Source: Phallusia mammillata | Taxonomy: Eukaryota | Direction: 5' to 3' | Length of the DNA stretch: 64,000 nucleotides | NCBI GenBank assembly: GCA_965637545.1 | Contig: OZ281495.1 | Coordinates: 29,078,001 to 29,142,000, forward strand | Shown here: positions 13,001-25,607 of the stretch, one piece after another | How the letters are laid out: each line of letters starts with the position of its first letter | How positions within the stretch are numbered: the first letter of the stretch is position 1 | Made by a program: the position numbers and the translations under genes | The notes under the pieces: model-generated | What the model was told of the DNA's origin: nothing | The model's database searches: none | Seen by the model: only the letters and a program-made list of their open reading frames with translations

Positions 13001-14669
13001 ATAAAAAGGGTCATTTAATAGATGTAAGAGGGTCATAAAAACGTCTGCAGTGTTAAAATTAAAAAATCAATGTTTAGAAATACAGTTTGAAATCTAAAAC
13101 ACCGACACCCTGCGAATATTTTTACAGCTAAAATGCTAAATGTTCGCGGGAATATCGTAAAAACGGCAAGTGATTAAAATACAAGACTAAGAAATATCGA
13201 ACAATACGTTCCGCCATTTTTTTTACCTTTATATGGAGATGTACAAACACGTTGAGCATAAAGGACTTTCCACTCTTCTTGCCTCCACTGATGGTAATGA
13301 TTGATATAGGATGTCCTTCGGCATGGTTCAGTGCCGTTTTCAAGCTCAGTTTATCGAGTTGAAATTTTTTGTCCTTGCCTCTTTTAAGTATATGTATGGC
13401 TTTTCTTTCCTCTGTAGCAAACGTTAGCTTGATTATAATTTTGTTATGACGGTTGTTTACAACGTACATTGCCGTTGGAAATTAATTTCACCATCATTAA
13501 CAGATGTTGGATTTCAGCTTTAACTATATATAGGCCTTTATTTTATATTTTTCATTCCAAGATAGGGGTGGCTTTGACTAATAATTTACTTCACTTTTAA
13601 GCTACCCTCTAATACTATTGCTACGTATTTTTGGCATCACCCTCTGACGTCATAAATGCAATTCTATGTTGCGTCGTTGTAGCGAGACGTGGCCCTTGAG
13701 GTTAGACGGGGAGAGTTGGTGTTGAGCGGTGGTTCTGTCGCGACCGTTATATCTGCATTGCTTGTCTTTTATCGTTTGTACTCTTTTAATATTTTAATAC
13801 AAGTATAAATTGAGTGCTGACAAATTTCTTTCCAACAGCGCCTTTAGCTTTTCAAAGCTTTTTACCACTATAAATATCAACAAATAATAAATGTTCTGAC
13901 TAAAGAGTTATACGGTTTTCTGTAGTAAGAAATACCTTTTTCCAACGAAGTTGAAGATGTGTTTTCTTTGTAGATGTCCACCTTCTGAAAAAAACAAACA
14001 TACTAAATGTACTTTGAATTGAATTCAAAAACACATTTGTAAGCTCAACTTTTAGTTGCTTCTAGGTCATTTATAAGCCCGTGACACTATTTTTTCGCTT
14101 TTTTTCTTTTTATCTTTTCTGGGTATGCGATTTGTTCAATAGATAGTGTTTTGACTCAAAAATACGCAGCTTACTTCTGTCTGTCTGAGTCCGTTTCGAG
14201 CCGCAAGTGCAAGATTTCGTTTAGCATCTTCTTTCCGCCTTCGCAATTTGTCCGGTCTTGATTTTACTTTTTGATGAGAAGTAATTTGAATTGACTCAAA
14301 TTGACCCACACCGTCTTGGAATTCGCTGGAATATCTTGAAAGAGCCTTGTTTATCTCAGCCAACAAAGCACCGGATTGACATGCATCCGTCACCCTTTGC
14401 GCTATCTCCGATGTTTCAGCAAGGACTGTGAGAACTAGAGAGTCCCTGAGAGTCCCTCGGCGTATACGCTCGACAATAGCTCCTGTCACCTCAGTTACTG
14501 ACGCGCATATGGCGTCAACAAATCTATTTGGATTTTGAACCTTCCAGAAAAAATATCCACCCGCAGTTGCCGCTGCGGCTATAGCAAGTTGTGCAGACCT
14601 CCCATGCAATTCAATAATAATCACAGACGTATCAATTAACAATCTATCTACTGGCATTGAAACTGCCAT
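10051..14669 (-). CDS. Atlastin/GBP-family GTPase-like protein, divergent class (copy M2), with N-terminal extension and duplicated helical module, about 823 aa
   Basis: Exons 14669-14175, 13984-13936, 13411-13227, 12680-12528, 12455-12297, 12194-12138, 12042-11871, 11789-11611, 11422-11351, 11288-11136, 11076-11005, 10776-10051. Total 2472 nt, open frame, GT-AG. Motifs: P-loop GGKKSGKS, NSEGIWM, VDVQQG, FFIRD. An acceptor AG lies 2 nt before the ATG, so a further upstream exon is possible. Confidence 0.82.
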
Positions 14670-16655
14670 GCCTAAGTGACAAATGGTGCTGACAAAACGA
14701 AACGATGCATTGAAAACAACCTACATGTGTAAGTTTACAAGTAACGTAAAGTAAAGCAAACGTATCAAACCCCTGTCTCGATAACATGAGGCTAAGACCG
14801 TTCTGCTATCAATAAACAGGCCCAACAACATTCTTTTTTTTAACTGGATGTATGTTCAGAAATCAACTTATGGATGTACTTTTTTTGCATCCATTGTTAT
14901 AAGGTTTATTAGTCTTCATCCACCAAGCAACGGACTGGGTGATTCCAGTTTTAAGTTTCAATTACGAGTATTGTTTCTGTACTATAAGTCATAGGTGTAC
15001 CGTAAAATAAAGTTGATCAGCTACTTAGAATTTACTTAAAATCAGCTACTTAGAGCTGCTGTCAGACACCAAAAGACGTTGTTTACGACAGCATGGTCAC
15101 GTAAAATGTTACCAAAACTAGTTCCTCTTTTTGAGGCACACAAGCCCTTTTACAGCGCAATTGCGATGCAATTCATCCGATTGGTAATAAAGCGACCGAA
15201 AACAAGGCTAAAACGAAATCATCATTTAGAGCGACACTATCAGAATTCGAGTTTTAGTCACTTGGTCAGAAAATAACCTCTGATATTTCACAAACCTCAC
15301 AACAACTGGAACGAATCATTTGAACTGGAATTTGTTATTCCTTCCACAGTACCGCCACAACCCAGTGACGTGGCGTCGCGCCTCACGTATGATCAATAGA
15401 GCGCAAGTAAAAAGGTGATTGTGTTGTTAAACAAAAAAACTTTTGACTCTGAATAAAGACGACGTCTCTAAATATAACAACCATGTGATCATGCGCGCAC
15501 GAAGACTTTTGTGAACATTGCGGGCTTCTAATTTGTACACATTAGTGGATTGTCCGTTACTTCACTGTAGTCTGGGATAACCTATACATCACATACCGAA
15601 GTGCATAGGTTTTCAACGCGTTTTAGGTCATGGACCACTGGTTCGATTAAGAGAATAACCTGGATCAGTCCGTTAAATAAGGATAAAGGAGGCATCCTTA
15701 ACAAGCATATTGACTTGAAATGTATTCCTTTAATACAGAATTTTGAGCACTGATATCAAGCAACTAACCAGATATGGCCGATAATTCGGATAGGCTTTGA
15801 TCGTAATGAATATTCAACAAATTACAAAAAACTTATTTAAGTTAATTACCAAATATAATTAACGTCCTGTGGTCCTGTGGTCCTGTGGACCAACCCCTTA
15901 TAGACCACTAAGTCCATGGGCCCCCAGTTGAGAACCACGGCCGTAGTAGATACGAATAGTGGGGAAAATAAATCTTTTTAAAGATTCAAAAATAACCATA
16001 CATCATATTAGCCTAATGTATAAAAAAACGTCTTTAGCTTCTTTTATAGAATTGCCAGAAGTCAGTAGTTTCCCATATATTTATATTTTGGCCTGAGAAT
16101 GTGTATCCCGAATAATTTCTAAAACAGTACAGTCTCATTCTGCTATATAACGTATGCCTGGTCGATTTAAAAAGTCGAAAATAACCTTATTATGTCAATG
16201 CACTAACTGCTTGGATTTTTACTGTTTTTTTTATAGATGATACATGCATGTGACACAAACGAACAGCATATCTTCAACAGTATTTCATACCCTTTCAGGC
16301 CCTTTTTTGTTCTCGCATAAAACTCTGCCAGAAACATTGTTCCAGAGCGATCAGTTTGATTCGAAATCAAACAAAGTAATATTTTTCAGAAAAATTTATG
16401 AAAATAAAAAGACCCTATAGGTATAAGAAAAAAATATGACAATTTTTCTAGCAAGCATGGAAACGTTTGTTATTATGTTATATTCTGTTCACTTTTCAAC
16501 ACAAAATATTTTTTCTAGAAAAGAACCGTTACGGGATATTTTAAATAAACTTTTCCAGTTTAAGTTATCTTTGCGGACCACTAGAAGGCCAATCACTTTG
16601 TGAGTAGTTGAAAATCAATCGAAAATCTTGCCGCATTTGTTGCCCTCTTTCACAG

Positions 16656-16813
16656 GTTCAAGTCAAATTCAAACCGTCCCGGTTTCGACTTGATCTGTTC
16701 CGCACTAAAACGCTTTTTCAGCAGTTCAGAGCAAAGAGGTTGAATCCCAGACATCTGCATTAACGCAAGGTAGCGCTACAGAACAAGCTCAACCACCAGC
16801 TTACGACGACTAA
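16656..16813 (+). pseudogene. Orphan last exon of an MS4A-like gene with two premature stops
   Basis: Homologous to 23695-23852, with frame (G)SSQIQTVPVST*SVPH*NAFSAVQSKEVESQ...EQAQPPAYDD*. The upstream intron (about 16430-16655) and 3' UTR are also homologous. No earlier exons were found. Confidence 0.85.
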
Positions 16814-17744
16814 AACGCTTTACTATGTGGAAGAGGGGATGTATATGATCATTATATTTTTCCTATAAAGTTGAGTTTAGCAAAGTGGAATTGGTCTTTA
16901 CCTTTCAAAAATATAATTTTCTGCTTTAACATTGTCAAGAACTGCGAATAGTCGAAAAATCGTTACGATAGCAAAACGAATACATAAAATCTACATGTGC
17001 AAATATATAAAATAGATTAAAAAGTTATACATGCTGCAATTTAGTTCTGCACCTAAAGAAGCGCTTCTGCGTCAAACGCATAAAGCTGTCTTTTCGTGGT
17101 ACTTTATGTTATTGCTTGTTTAAGTGTTTTCTTTATTCTTTGCTCTTTTGCTGTTTAGATGTTTACGACGATGTCATCGAAACATGTCTCTACGATTCCA
17201 ATCTTTAGTTTCCGTGTTTGTTATCTTATCAATACACTACCCAAATAAAAGTTTTTATCATAGTTTACGCCAAGCTAGAATACTTATTTTCTGGTAGATG
17301 GTGTGTGTGACAATGCCACACTAGCAGTCGGTAAAGCTTTATGCCTGGTACACGTTTTGCTTACTCAGCATTTCTGCGTCCTTTAATAAAGATAAAATGC
17401 CTCAAGGCACTTGCTGGCGTTGATGAGACACTTGGTTTTACAGCAGTTTGTGAAGCAGTTCTACTTTTTGACAGTTGTTTTGTATTTGGGTTTTCTGTAT
17501 CAGGTTAGATTAATCAAAAAGTAAATTGCACAATTTTGACCGTTAACAATGTGATTGCAAATATAAGCTGTTCAAAAGGTTGGAACAAAAAGTGGGTATT
17601 AATGATGATATAACATTTCAATCTTCAATGTACAAAAAACTACTTGTCAAGCTATGCAAGGTCCTTGTTATTTTGGTGATCAAGCTAACAATAATCAAGA
17701 TCAAGTGTTTTTATGAATAAATTTGCCCCGAGCTTGTCGCTAGC

Positions 17745-18040
17745 CATTGGTTCTCAACTCGTTTCGGGCCATGGACCACCGGCCCAGTAAAAATAATATC
17801 ATGGACCATTTCGTGTTTGAGCAAGACTGAAGTATGCATACATAACAACCATTTGGGCTTTAAGTATAATTTATTAAAACCGATTTTCAAGAAGTGAGAT
17901 ACATTTATTAACAGCTAGCATTTTGATACTCTTTCAACATGTAGTATGTAATCATCTCAATTTTGTTACTAAATTTTGTGGACCACCAAAAAGAGCATAA
18001 TGGACCACTAGGTCCATGGACTACCAGTTGAGAACCACTA
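17745..18040. mobile_element. Degenerate hAT-like MITE
   Basis: Termini cattggttctcaac and gttgagaaccacta. A related right end occurs near 15900-15940. No clear TSD. Confidence 0.55.
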
Positions 18041-18860
18041 CACTTGCCACTTATGTTAAGGGGGAATTCCCACAAGCGTATTTTTTCTGTGTGACGTTTG
18101 TCCCTCGGGCTCAAAACAGACACGCTCGAGTGACGGCATCGCGTCAGACAGAACTAGCCAGCTGACAGATTGGCGTCACTGCTTCCTGAAAAGTTTATCA
18201 CGAGTGCTCGTGACAACATACACCCTGCGTGTTGCAGATAAACATGTAGTTTGTGTGATTGGCATTTAAGTTAGTGCGGTTCTGTTTGTTTGCAGTGTAG
18301 TGGTCGTGTTTCGTGTATGTTATACACAGAGGAAATATATTTTGTCAAAAAAGGAGAAACAGGTTTAGATTTGGTTTAATTGTCTTGGTCTGCTGTGATC
18401 GTGTATGCAAATGTGACACTAATAGAGTAAATCGAAGTGTTAACTTTATTACACGAAATGTTGTTATATTAAAAAGAAAATCTGCATGCGACTGGCATTT
18501 TTATTGTTTTCCTTTAGACCAGCAGCAGTACATGGACTACTTACATGCAATATTAGTTACACAGGGTCACATACAACTAAGTTTAATGACATATAAGGAA
18601 GTCATCCTTTTGTGAGTTTCAATTTATCTCACAGATTACAGGAATAGATGTCAAAAAAGGGTTCCTTTGCAAGGATTTGCTTGTTTATAATTTATTTTCC
18701 ATGTAGTGATGGTACATAAACTAAAATTATTGTTTATTGGCATAGAAAATTGCTACTTTGCCACAAAATATTACCATACAACTAACCCTAGCATGTGTAA
18801 CCATTTTTCTTGCAACTTGTTTGAAGGTGAATTTAGCAAACCATATTGACTGATATAAGA

Positions 18861-21800
18861 ATGACAACGCTTCAAGCACCTATCCAGCAGCCTGGAATGA
18901 TGATTCAAGTCCCGGTATCAGCGGTTGTGAATTCAAATGAAAAGAGACTGGCGCATTGCAAGAAAGTTCTTCTTGGCCTGGGGGTAATTTTAATTTGATA
19001 AATTTTTAATTACGTAGTCTGGCTTTTACGCGTCGATTACGCGATTATTTACTGGTAAATTTCATGACAGGCAAATAAAGTTGTGTCGCATATATCCAAG
19101 CGGTAAGCATCATTTGCTTATGAGCCTTAGTTTTGGCAATTGCGTTCACAACACTATTGTGCTGAAATACGGCAACACCAGAATATGGATGTAAATATGA
19201 AACAGTTGAACAAGTGGTTTGCCGACGTGAACAATCGGTTAGCGCAACTGCCTTATGTTCGTAAGAGCGTAGGTTCAAATTCTGACTCAGGGTTTTGTGT
19301 TATTTGAGAAAAAACTTCAAAAGAATTGAAGTTTAAAAAAACTGTACTGACCCTTAGGTAGACAAATCGTAAACACACCGTATGTCTGAGTCCTTGACGC
19401 CGGACACCACAGTTAAGTTTCCAGGTCGACAAAGCATGTCGCGAAGCACAACGGGCGCTACTTGTGGTGTGAGCACATAACACAAATACTGTGATATTAT
19501 GTACTATGTACTGACTAAACATAAAAAGTTCTTGACTTGTATAGCGTTCAGGTCACGACACATAGTTCGAAACGCGTCTTCAGTAGTTTATCGAATATAC
19601 ATGCGAATAAAATATTTGAATTTAATGTCCAATTTTGATATACAACTAAGCGGAATTTGATGGCTTGAACAAATTAAAGTCATAAACACCAGAAATAAAA
19701 AAAATCAACTGAAAATGATATAGCTAACTTGCAGTGAAACAACGGCGGCGGAATCATTGTGAGCATTACGCCCATTGAGCATAACAAAAATTACAACTGT
19801 TCTAGTGGTATAGCCTGATGTTTAACTTCTATAATTTTCATTACCAAGACTATAGGAATTGCAAATGTTCGAATGAATGCAAATATTCTAATAATGCAAT
19901 CTGTTTATTGTTTTAAACAAAACATTAAAGTTTGTTGAATAAAGTTGGTTTAAATTCTTTATCGCAATGTCTACCTTTGTATGTGAATAAGTTTTCAATG
20001 TCCTATATTTTTTTGATTGTAGGTCACTGAATTTTTGCTCGGTCTTTTCTCAACGTTGCTTGGAATCGTTGCACTGGCTTACAGCTACGACGACAGAATA
20101 ACATCGTCATATTATAACGAAACATTTTATATGGGTCAGGGGTTATGGTGTGGAGTATGGGTAAGTGTTTAAATACGAAATATTGCACTTCCGACATTAT
20201 GCCTATAAAAGAGTCATAACATTTTTTCAATTTAAAAAATACTTAAAGTTAAGATTTCAAAATCGTACCTTTGTTTTCAAATGAATGTGATTCCTGCTTT
20301 TCCGATTCTCTCTGTCCTGTCCTTTAAAAAATATTTTTGATTTTAGCGTGTTCAATAGATAAGAAAGTGAATACACTGTTGCTGCCAGGCATAACGTATC
20401 AACAAAATTTTCAGCTCTTCCGGCAGTTTTTTATTTTAATATGCCAACGTTTCGATGTCCCATACGAAACACCTTCATCAGGGTAATGACATACATTGCA
20501 AACAGATAAGAAAGTGTTTATCCACTGATGACTTTTAGTTTGCTGTATGACTCAGTAACAACGCTTAAGCCTTAGTTATTAGGGGAAGGCAATATGCGTC
20601 AAAATAATACAATAATAAATTTAAACAACTAATTTTTTGTTTAGAATCACATCAGTTTAACGACAAAATTGTTATGAAACCTGGTGGACGAAACGCTTGT
20701 TCAGTATTTTCTGTTATCCCACCTATGTAGCTTTGTGAAACGATAAAATTAAACGAACAAGGGTGTAAAATGTTAACTACAATATTACCCTGCCTCATTT
20801 AAACATAACTTACATATATTTTACCGCTTAGTTTGTATATCAGGTTATTGTTGCCGGTTTGCTTGGAATCCTGAGTGGAAGAAAACATGCAACCCAATGC
20901 ATGGTAGGTTGTTTGATATTTAACTTTTTAACTCTTCGATTTTTCAACCGGATTCTCTTTTATAGATCAATAGCCACATGTCTTTGTCGATCGTTGCTTC
21001 CATCTTCTCAGCAGTTATGTTCTCAATTGCCATACCCATGTCTCTTATTCTCAGATTCAGGGTATGTATCGTTTTCTTACATTCAATGGCCAACCACATT
21101 AAATGATGCTGAGTGTTTTTTCTGCTGTTGACCGAATGCTCGCCATATGTTTAGGCGTTACCATTTGCGACAACGTCGGCCCAATAAATAACTCAGTAGG
21201 TCTAAAATTACTGGGGGAATAATTTAGAATTTCACGAAACTACAAAAGATATTTTACGAATCAAAACTATAGCATAAGACAAAATAAACGGTCCAAATAG
21301 ACGTAAAAAGCGACATGCTCTATTGTTCAAACGTCTCGGCAAATGATCATGCCATCATCAGTGATGTAAAGGGTCACTAATGATAAAAATAATCTGTTAC
21401 ACCCGCTTATACCCACTTGAGCAATGTACAAACTACAAACATGTCATAAAATTGTGCGTATTTGTCTACATTTATACATTCAATGACGTTTGATAACCTT
21501 ATGTAATCAGAGTACTGTCAGATGCATAAAACCACAAGTTTGCCATACATTTTTTTTGTCAAGCCTGTGATTGCTTGCAATAGTTATAGCAGTGGTCGGC
21601 AACCGTCGATCCGGTACCGGTTCGCGAGGAGTTTGTTACCGGGCCGTTACTTTTTCATGTTTAATTCTTTAAAACCATGTATCCCGGGAATGATGAACTT
21701 ATTTAGGCGTTTTCATTGCTAAATATTTGTGGTTATTGTTTGTAGACCGGTCCGCGATAAAATTTCTGTTTCAAAAACGGTCCGCAATAAAAAAGGGTTG

Positions 21801-23852
21801 TCGACCACTGAGTTATAGCACACTGAATCAGTGTTGCTGGGTCGCATTCCCAAACAGTAAAACTCAAGCCCAAATACACTCTCTTTAACTGCTTGCAATG
21901 CACATGTATGTTAAAATGCATTTAAAATAACAAATAATTAAGCTGTTAACCACTCGCCGAAAAAAAGCAACCCGTAATTCGATGTCAGAAACCGGCCCAA
22001 TTGGGCGGGATAATCGCCCCATGGGCAACAATGCGTTTACTCAAAACAACAGTCATAAAACCTAAGTATGTCCATCCCTTTTAAAAGTACAGTCGTGTAA
22101 TGCGACAAGAATCTGTAGGGTGTAACTTTTAACATTGTAAACCTTTCAGAGCTCTAGATCCATTTTTCTTCATAATATCGAAATCGTCCTAGCCGTATTT
22201 GGGTTTGTAACTTTCATCCTATGTATCGTGAGCGCCACCTACTGTTGTTACACTCTTTCTGCTGCTGGACACGTCAGTTGTTGCAGTAGCTGCTGTGACT
22301 GCTGTGCTTATAACAACCAGGTAAACATAATTTCTGCTTTTTGTATTTGGCTGTATTGTTAAAATTTACCCTGTAAATTACCGGTTCTAACAATTTTTTT
22401 GCGTTTGTACCTTTTTAGGCTTTAACGCTATTTGTTTGTACTTTTTTCCTACAACGACTAATAAAAGAAAATACAAATCTTGTGAAGGACATGAAATTTA
22501 ACATTTGATGTATGCATGCATTAGGACCAAAGTCTTTAAATATAATCAAGGTTTCCAGCACAACAGTATTCCAAACGGTACTAAAACCGCTTTTTTACAA
22601 ATGTTTGTTTTGACATTTTTATCTCTTAACCCTATGCTTTAATTATTGCTTTATACTCCCAAGGGGTTACACGTACCCCCGGTTAAGAAACTCTGTATTT
22701 CTATTCTACAACGACTGGTAAAGAAAATGTAAATTTGAGTAGTAATTGTTTATTGTGAAAAGTGACATTGGCATTCAAGTTACCAATTGACCATGTGGAC
22801 ACAAAACTTAAACGTTGGTGCGAGCAGCCGCACGATCTTGTTATCGCTGGTTTTTGTGTGTAGTTGGTTGCAATTTGTCGCTTTATCAGAAATTTGTCTC
22901 CCAAAAAAGCCATTATCTTGTGTAGGACGCCTAAACGTCGATTATAACAAAACTGCTGGATGAGCAATACTCGATTATACGATACTTAAACGTTACCATG
23001 TTTAATGTACAGTAGATATGTTGTGTGTTAAATTGGCAAATGTTTCCTTTTTTACACTTTGGGTGAGTCAAATGACGTTTTATGTTATATTCAACCTCAA
23101 TGATGTTTGTATTGCAGACCCGACCAGAAGGCCAAGCTGTTTATGTTGTTCAAAGCATGAACCCAAACCAACAATTTGTTCCTGTGAACACTGTGATGGT
23201 ACCAGGTATGCTTTTGCTAAAGTTATTTCGACAAAGCGTTGGCTATTTTTGGTAAAAAGTTGTAGAAAGATTTCAAAACATAACCATTAAAGCACTACAT
23301 TGTTTCTAAAAAATATTTGTTGTGCTCCTTCTTTTTTGGTTTACCAATGAGATTTTAACTTGCTTTAACACACAATAAATTACAAAGAATGAGCTCCATT
23401 TATGCTTATTATGCAGATGTTTGAACTTTAAAGTAACTTATAGTATAGAAAAATACAGAAAAGGCAATTTTATAATAACGTTTCTATAATTCCTACAAGC
23501 ATGAAAACGTTTGTTCTTAAGTTATAATCTGTTAGCATTTTAAAATCATACAAGCATCTTTGCTATCGCCAAGGGCTTTAAAAAAACTTTCCCAGTTTAT
23601 GTTATCTTTTGCCAACCACTAAAATAGGTTACCATTGTTTAGGAAGCAATTTGGTGCTTGACCTTTTTTGCAGCACTTTTATTCTTTTTTACAGGTTCAA
23701 GTCAAATTCAAACCGGCCCCGTTTCGACTTCAGCTGTTTCCCAACAAAATGCATATACGGCAGTTCAGAGCAAAGAGGCCGAATCACAGGCATTTGCTAT
23801 ACCTCTAAGTGGCGCTACAGAGCAAGCCCCACCACCAGCATACGACTACTGA
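18861..23852 (+). CDS. MS4A/CD20-like four-transmembrane protein (copy 1), about 277 aa
   Basis: Exons 18861-18983, 20023-20160, 20844-20903, 20966-21061, 22150-22320, 23118-23205, 23695-23852 (834 nt, open). Four hydrophobic segments; TM2 GQGLWCGVWVIVAGLLGILS fits the CD20-family pattern. A Cys-rich juxtamembrane segment and a terminal PPPAY follow. Confidence 0.85.
19221..19291 (+). mobile_element. tRNA-like head, possible SINE remnant, in MS4A intron 1
   Basis: A-box-like tgaacaatcgg and B-box-like ggttcaaattc at tRNA-like spacing. It does not fold convincingly as a tRNA. Confidence 0.3.
20441..20488 (-). ncRNA. Minimal hammerhead-ribozyme-like motif, probable Penelope-like element end
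   Basis: The minus strand reads CTGATGA-A-GGTGT...ACATC-GAAA-CGTT, giving the conserved core, a 5 bp stem II and a palindromic ACGT helix III. Stem I pairing is weak. Confidence 0.5.
21590..21810. mobile_element. hAT-type MITE in MS4A intron 4
   Basis: 15 bp TIR CAGTGGTCGGCAACC / GGTTGTCGACCACTG (one mismatch). Perfect 8 bp TSD AGTTATAG on both sides. Confidence 0.9.
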
Positions 23853-24785
23853 AATGCTGCACAATATTTCTTATGAATTGTATATGATCGTTATCTTGCC
23901 GTAAACTTAAGTTCAGAATAAATTAATTCATTTTTTAGCTTTTTTAAAAAAATGCAGTTACTGCTTATAAACAGCGTTGTTATTATCTTCCAGAAGGCAA
24001 AAAATCGTAATGATAGCAAAGTGAACGCATAAAATATCTACTACATGTGCAAATATATAAAGTAGACATACAATTTTTTTATACAAGTTGTAGCAATATT
24101 GTCGTACTTGTTATTTTTTTAGGCTCTTTTAATACTATGTTATAAATGTTGAATCAGTGTTTTTTTACTCAACTGTGCCATTTGCTGTTCTTTATATATT
24201 TAAAACGTGATCACAGAGAAGTGTCTGAACCATTCTATATGTTTTTTTTTATTTTCAAAACTTCTTAGCACACTACCTTAATAAAGGTTTGTACCGTAGT
24301 CATCACATAAGCAAAAGTATTTGTTTTCCGGTAGGTGGTGCACGTAAGCTAAAAAATGCCACACTTCTAGTCTTGTGCCTGTGGGAAGTTTTATGTTCCT
24401 GGCGCACGCTCTGCTCGTTCGGCATTGTTGCATATGCGGCTGACAAGAAAATGCCTCAAACCACGTGCTGGCTTTATTAGCAGTTTTGCTTTGAAATTTT
24501 ATGCCTGCTTTGCAGCCCACTGTTTTGCATTTTGGTTTGCTGCAGTATCAGCCAGTGTACAGTCATAGATCAGTCAAACAATGAATTGCACATTTAAGAT
24601 ACTTTTGTATTATCAATTGTATAGGATTCTTAGCATTTGTGTGCGGTTTGCGACTAAGTACGTTTATCTGACAGCTTTACTTCGCTTTCAACGCTCATGA
24701 GCGAAATTTACGTTTACAGACGTTAAGCATAAGGAACAGTTTTTTTCTGCTTGACCACAAGCATCAAGTCACTGTCTTCTTCATC

Positions 24786-24915
24786 AATGAACTGTTTGAG
24801 TTAGGTTGGTAGTGAACTTCCCTCTGTGTTGGAGTGTAGGTGAGGTAGCAGAAGACACACGGACGGAATCTGGATCTTGGATCGTCCCTCGTGGTGGAGG
24901 GGGAGGTTCGTGTTA
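24786..24915 (+). pseudogene. Orphan degenerate exon 3 of a B-type GTPase
   Basis: ggttggtagtgaacttc...ggaatctggatcttggatcgtccctcgtggtggag...ggggaggttcgtgtta matches about 38432-38563, including the donor site. Contains stops and a deletion. Confidence 0.85.
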
Positions 24916-25586
24916 CAATTCCAACTTCTACAACAAACTATAGTCACTTCTATTAACCGCCAACTGTGTAATAATTAATCGCTCGATGATGATTTGCTGA
25001 CTCGAACAATCACTCGTAAAATTCCTAAAAGTAACATAACTTATATGTAGCATTTTCTATGAAATCAATGCATGTAACAGAATACAATGGGTCTCAGCAG
25101 TGTTTCTCTGCGTTAATAGGTCTCATAACCAGGTTTGTTTAAGGTTTGGTTTGGGTGACCGCTAAGTAGTTTTAAGAGACCGCAAGTGTTTCATTTAAAT
25201 ACCAAAAAATTAAAATACCCATTTAAATACCAGTTTTGGGAAACCGCTGGAGAAATGCCTTAAAAAAACACTGCTCATAACCATTAGGTTTTGGACGGAT
25301 GGAAATCGAAGGAATGTTTTATAGTCGTACAAAATAGGAAAACCGTGTCTAACCTATAAAACTTTGGTTCCCATAGTAGTATTAACAACAACAACAAAAG
25401 CAAAACCCGTACAACCAAATGCAAAAGTTGATGGCAATGCTGCGTTATTAATTATAAATCAAAGTATTTTGATGTCCAAGTTATATTAATATCAAGAACT
25501 TTTGTAAAATTGCTTTAAGCTTGTTATATTAAACTGCTTTAAGTTGTTATATTAATGGGGAAATTCTGGCTGGCTGATTGACAGAC

Positions 25587-25607
25587 TGACGTCACTGCTT
25601 CCTGGAA
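25587..25607 (+). promoter_or_regulatory. Adjacent CRE (TGACGTCA) and STAT/GAS-type (TTCCTGGAA) motifs upstream of MS4A copy 2
   Basis: Exact consensus strings lie inside a block conserved with 18160-18260 (TGGCGTCA, TTCCTGAAA). Function is inferred. Confidence 0.35.

Noticed and set aside
19221-19291. Possible functional tRNA gene
   Set aside because: Acceptor and anticodon stems do not pair; at most a SINE head.
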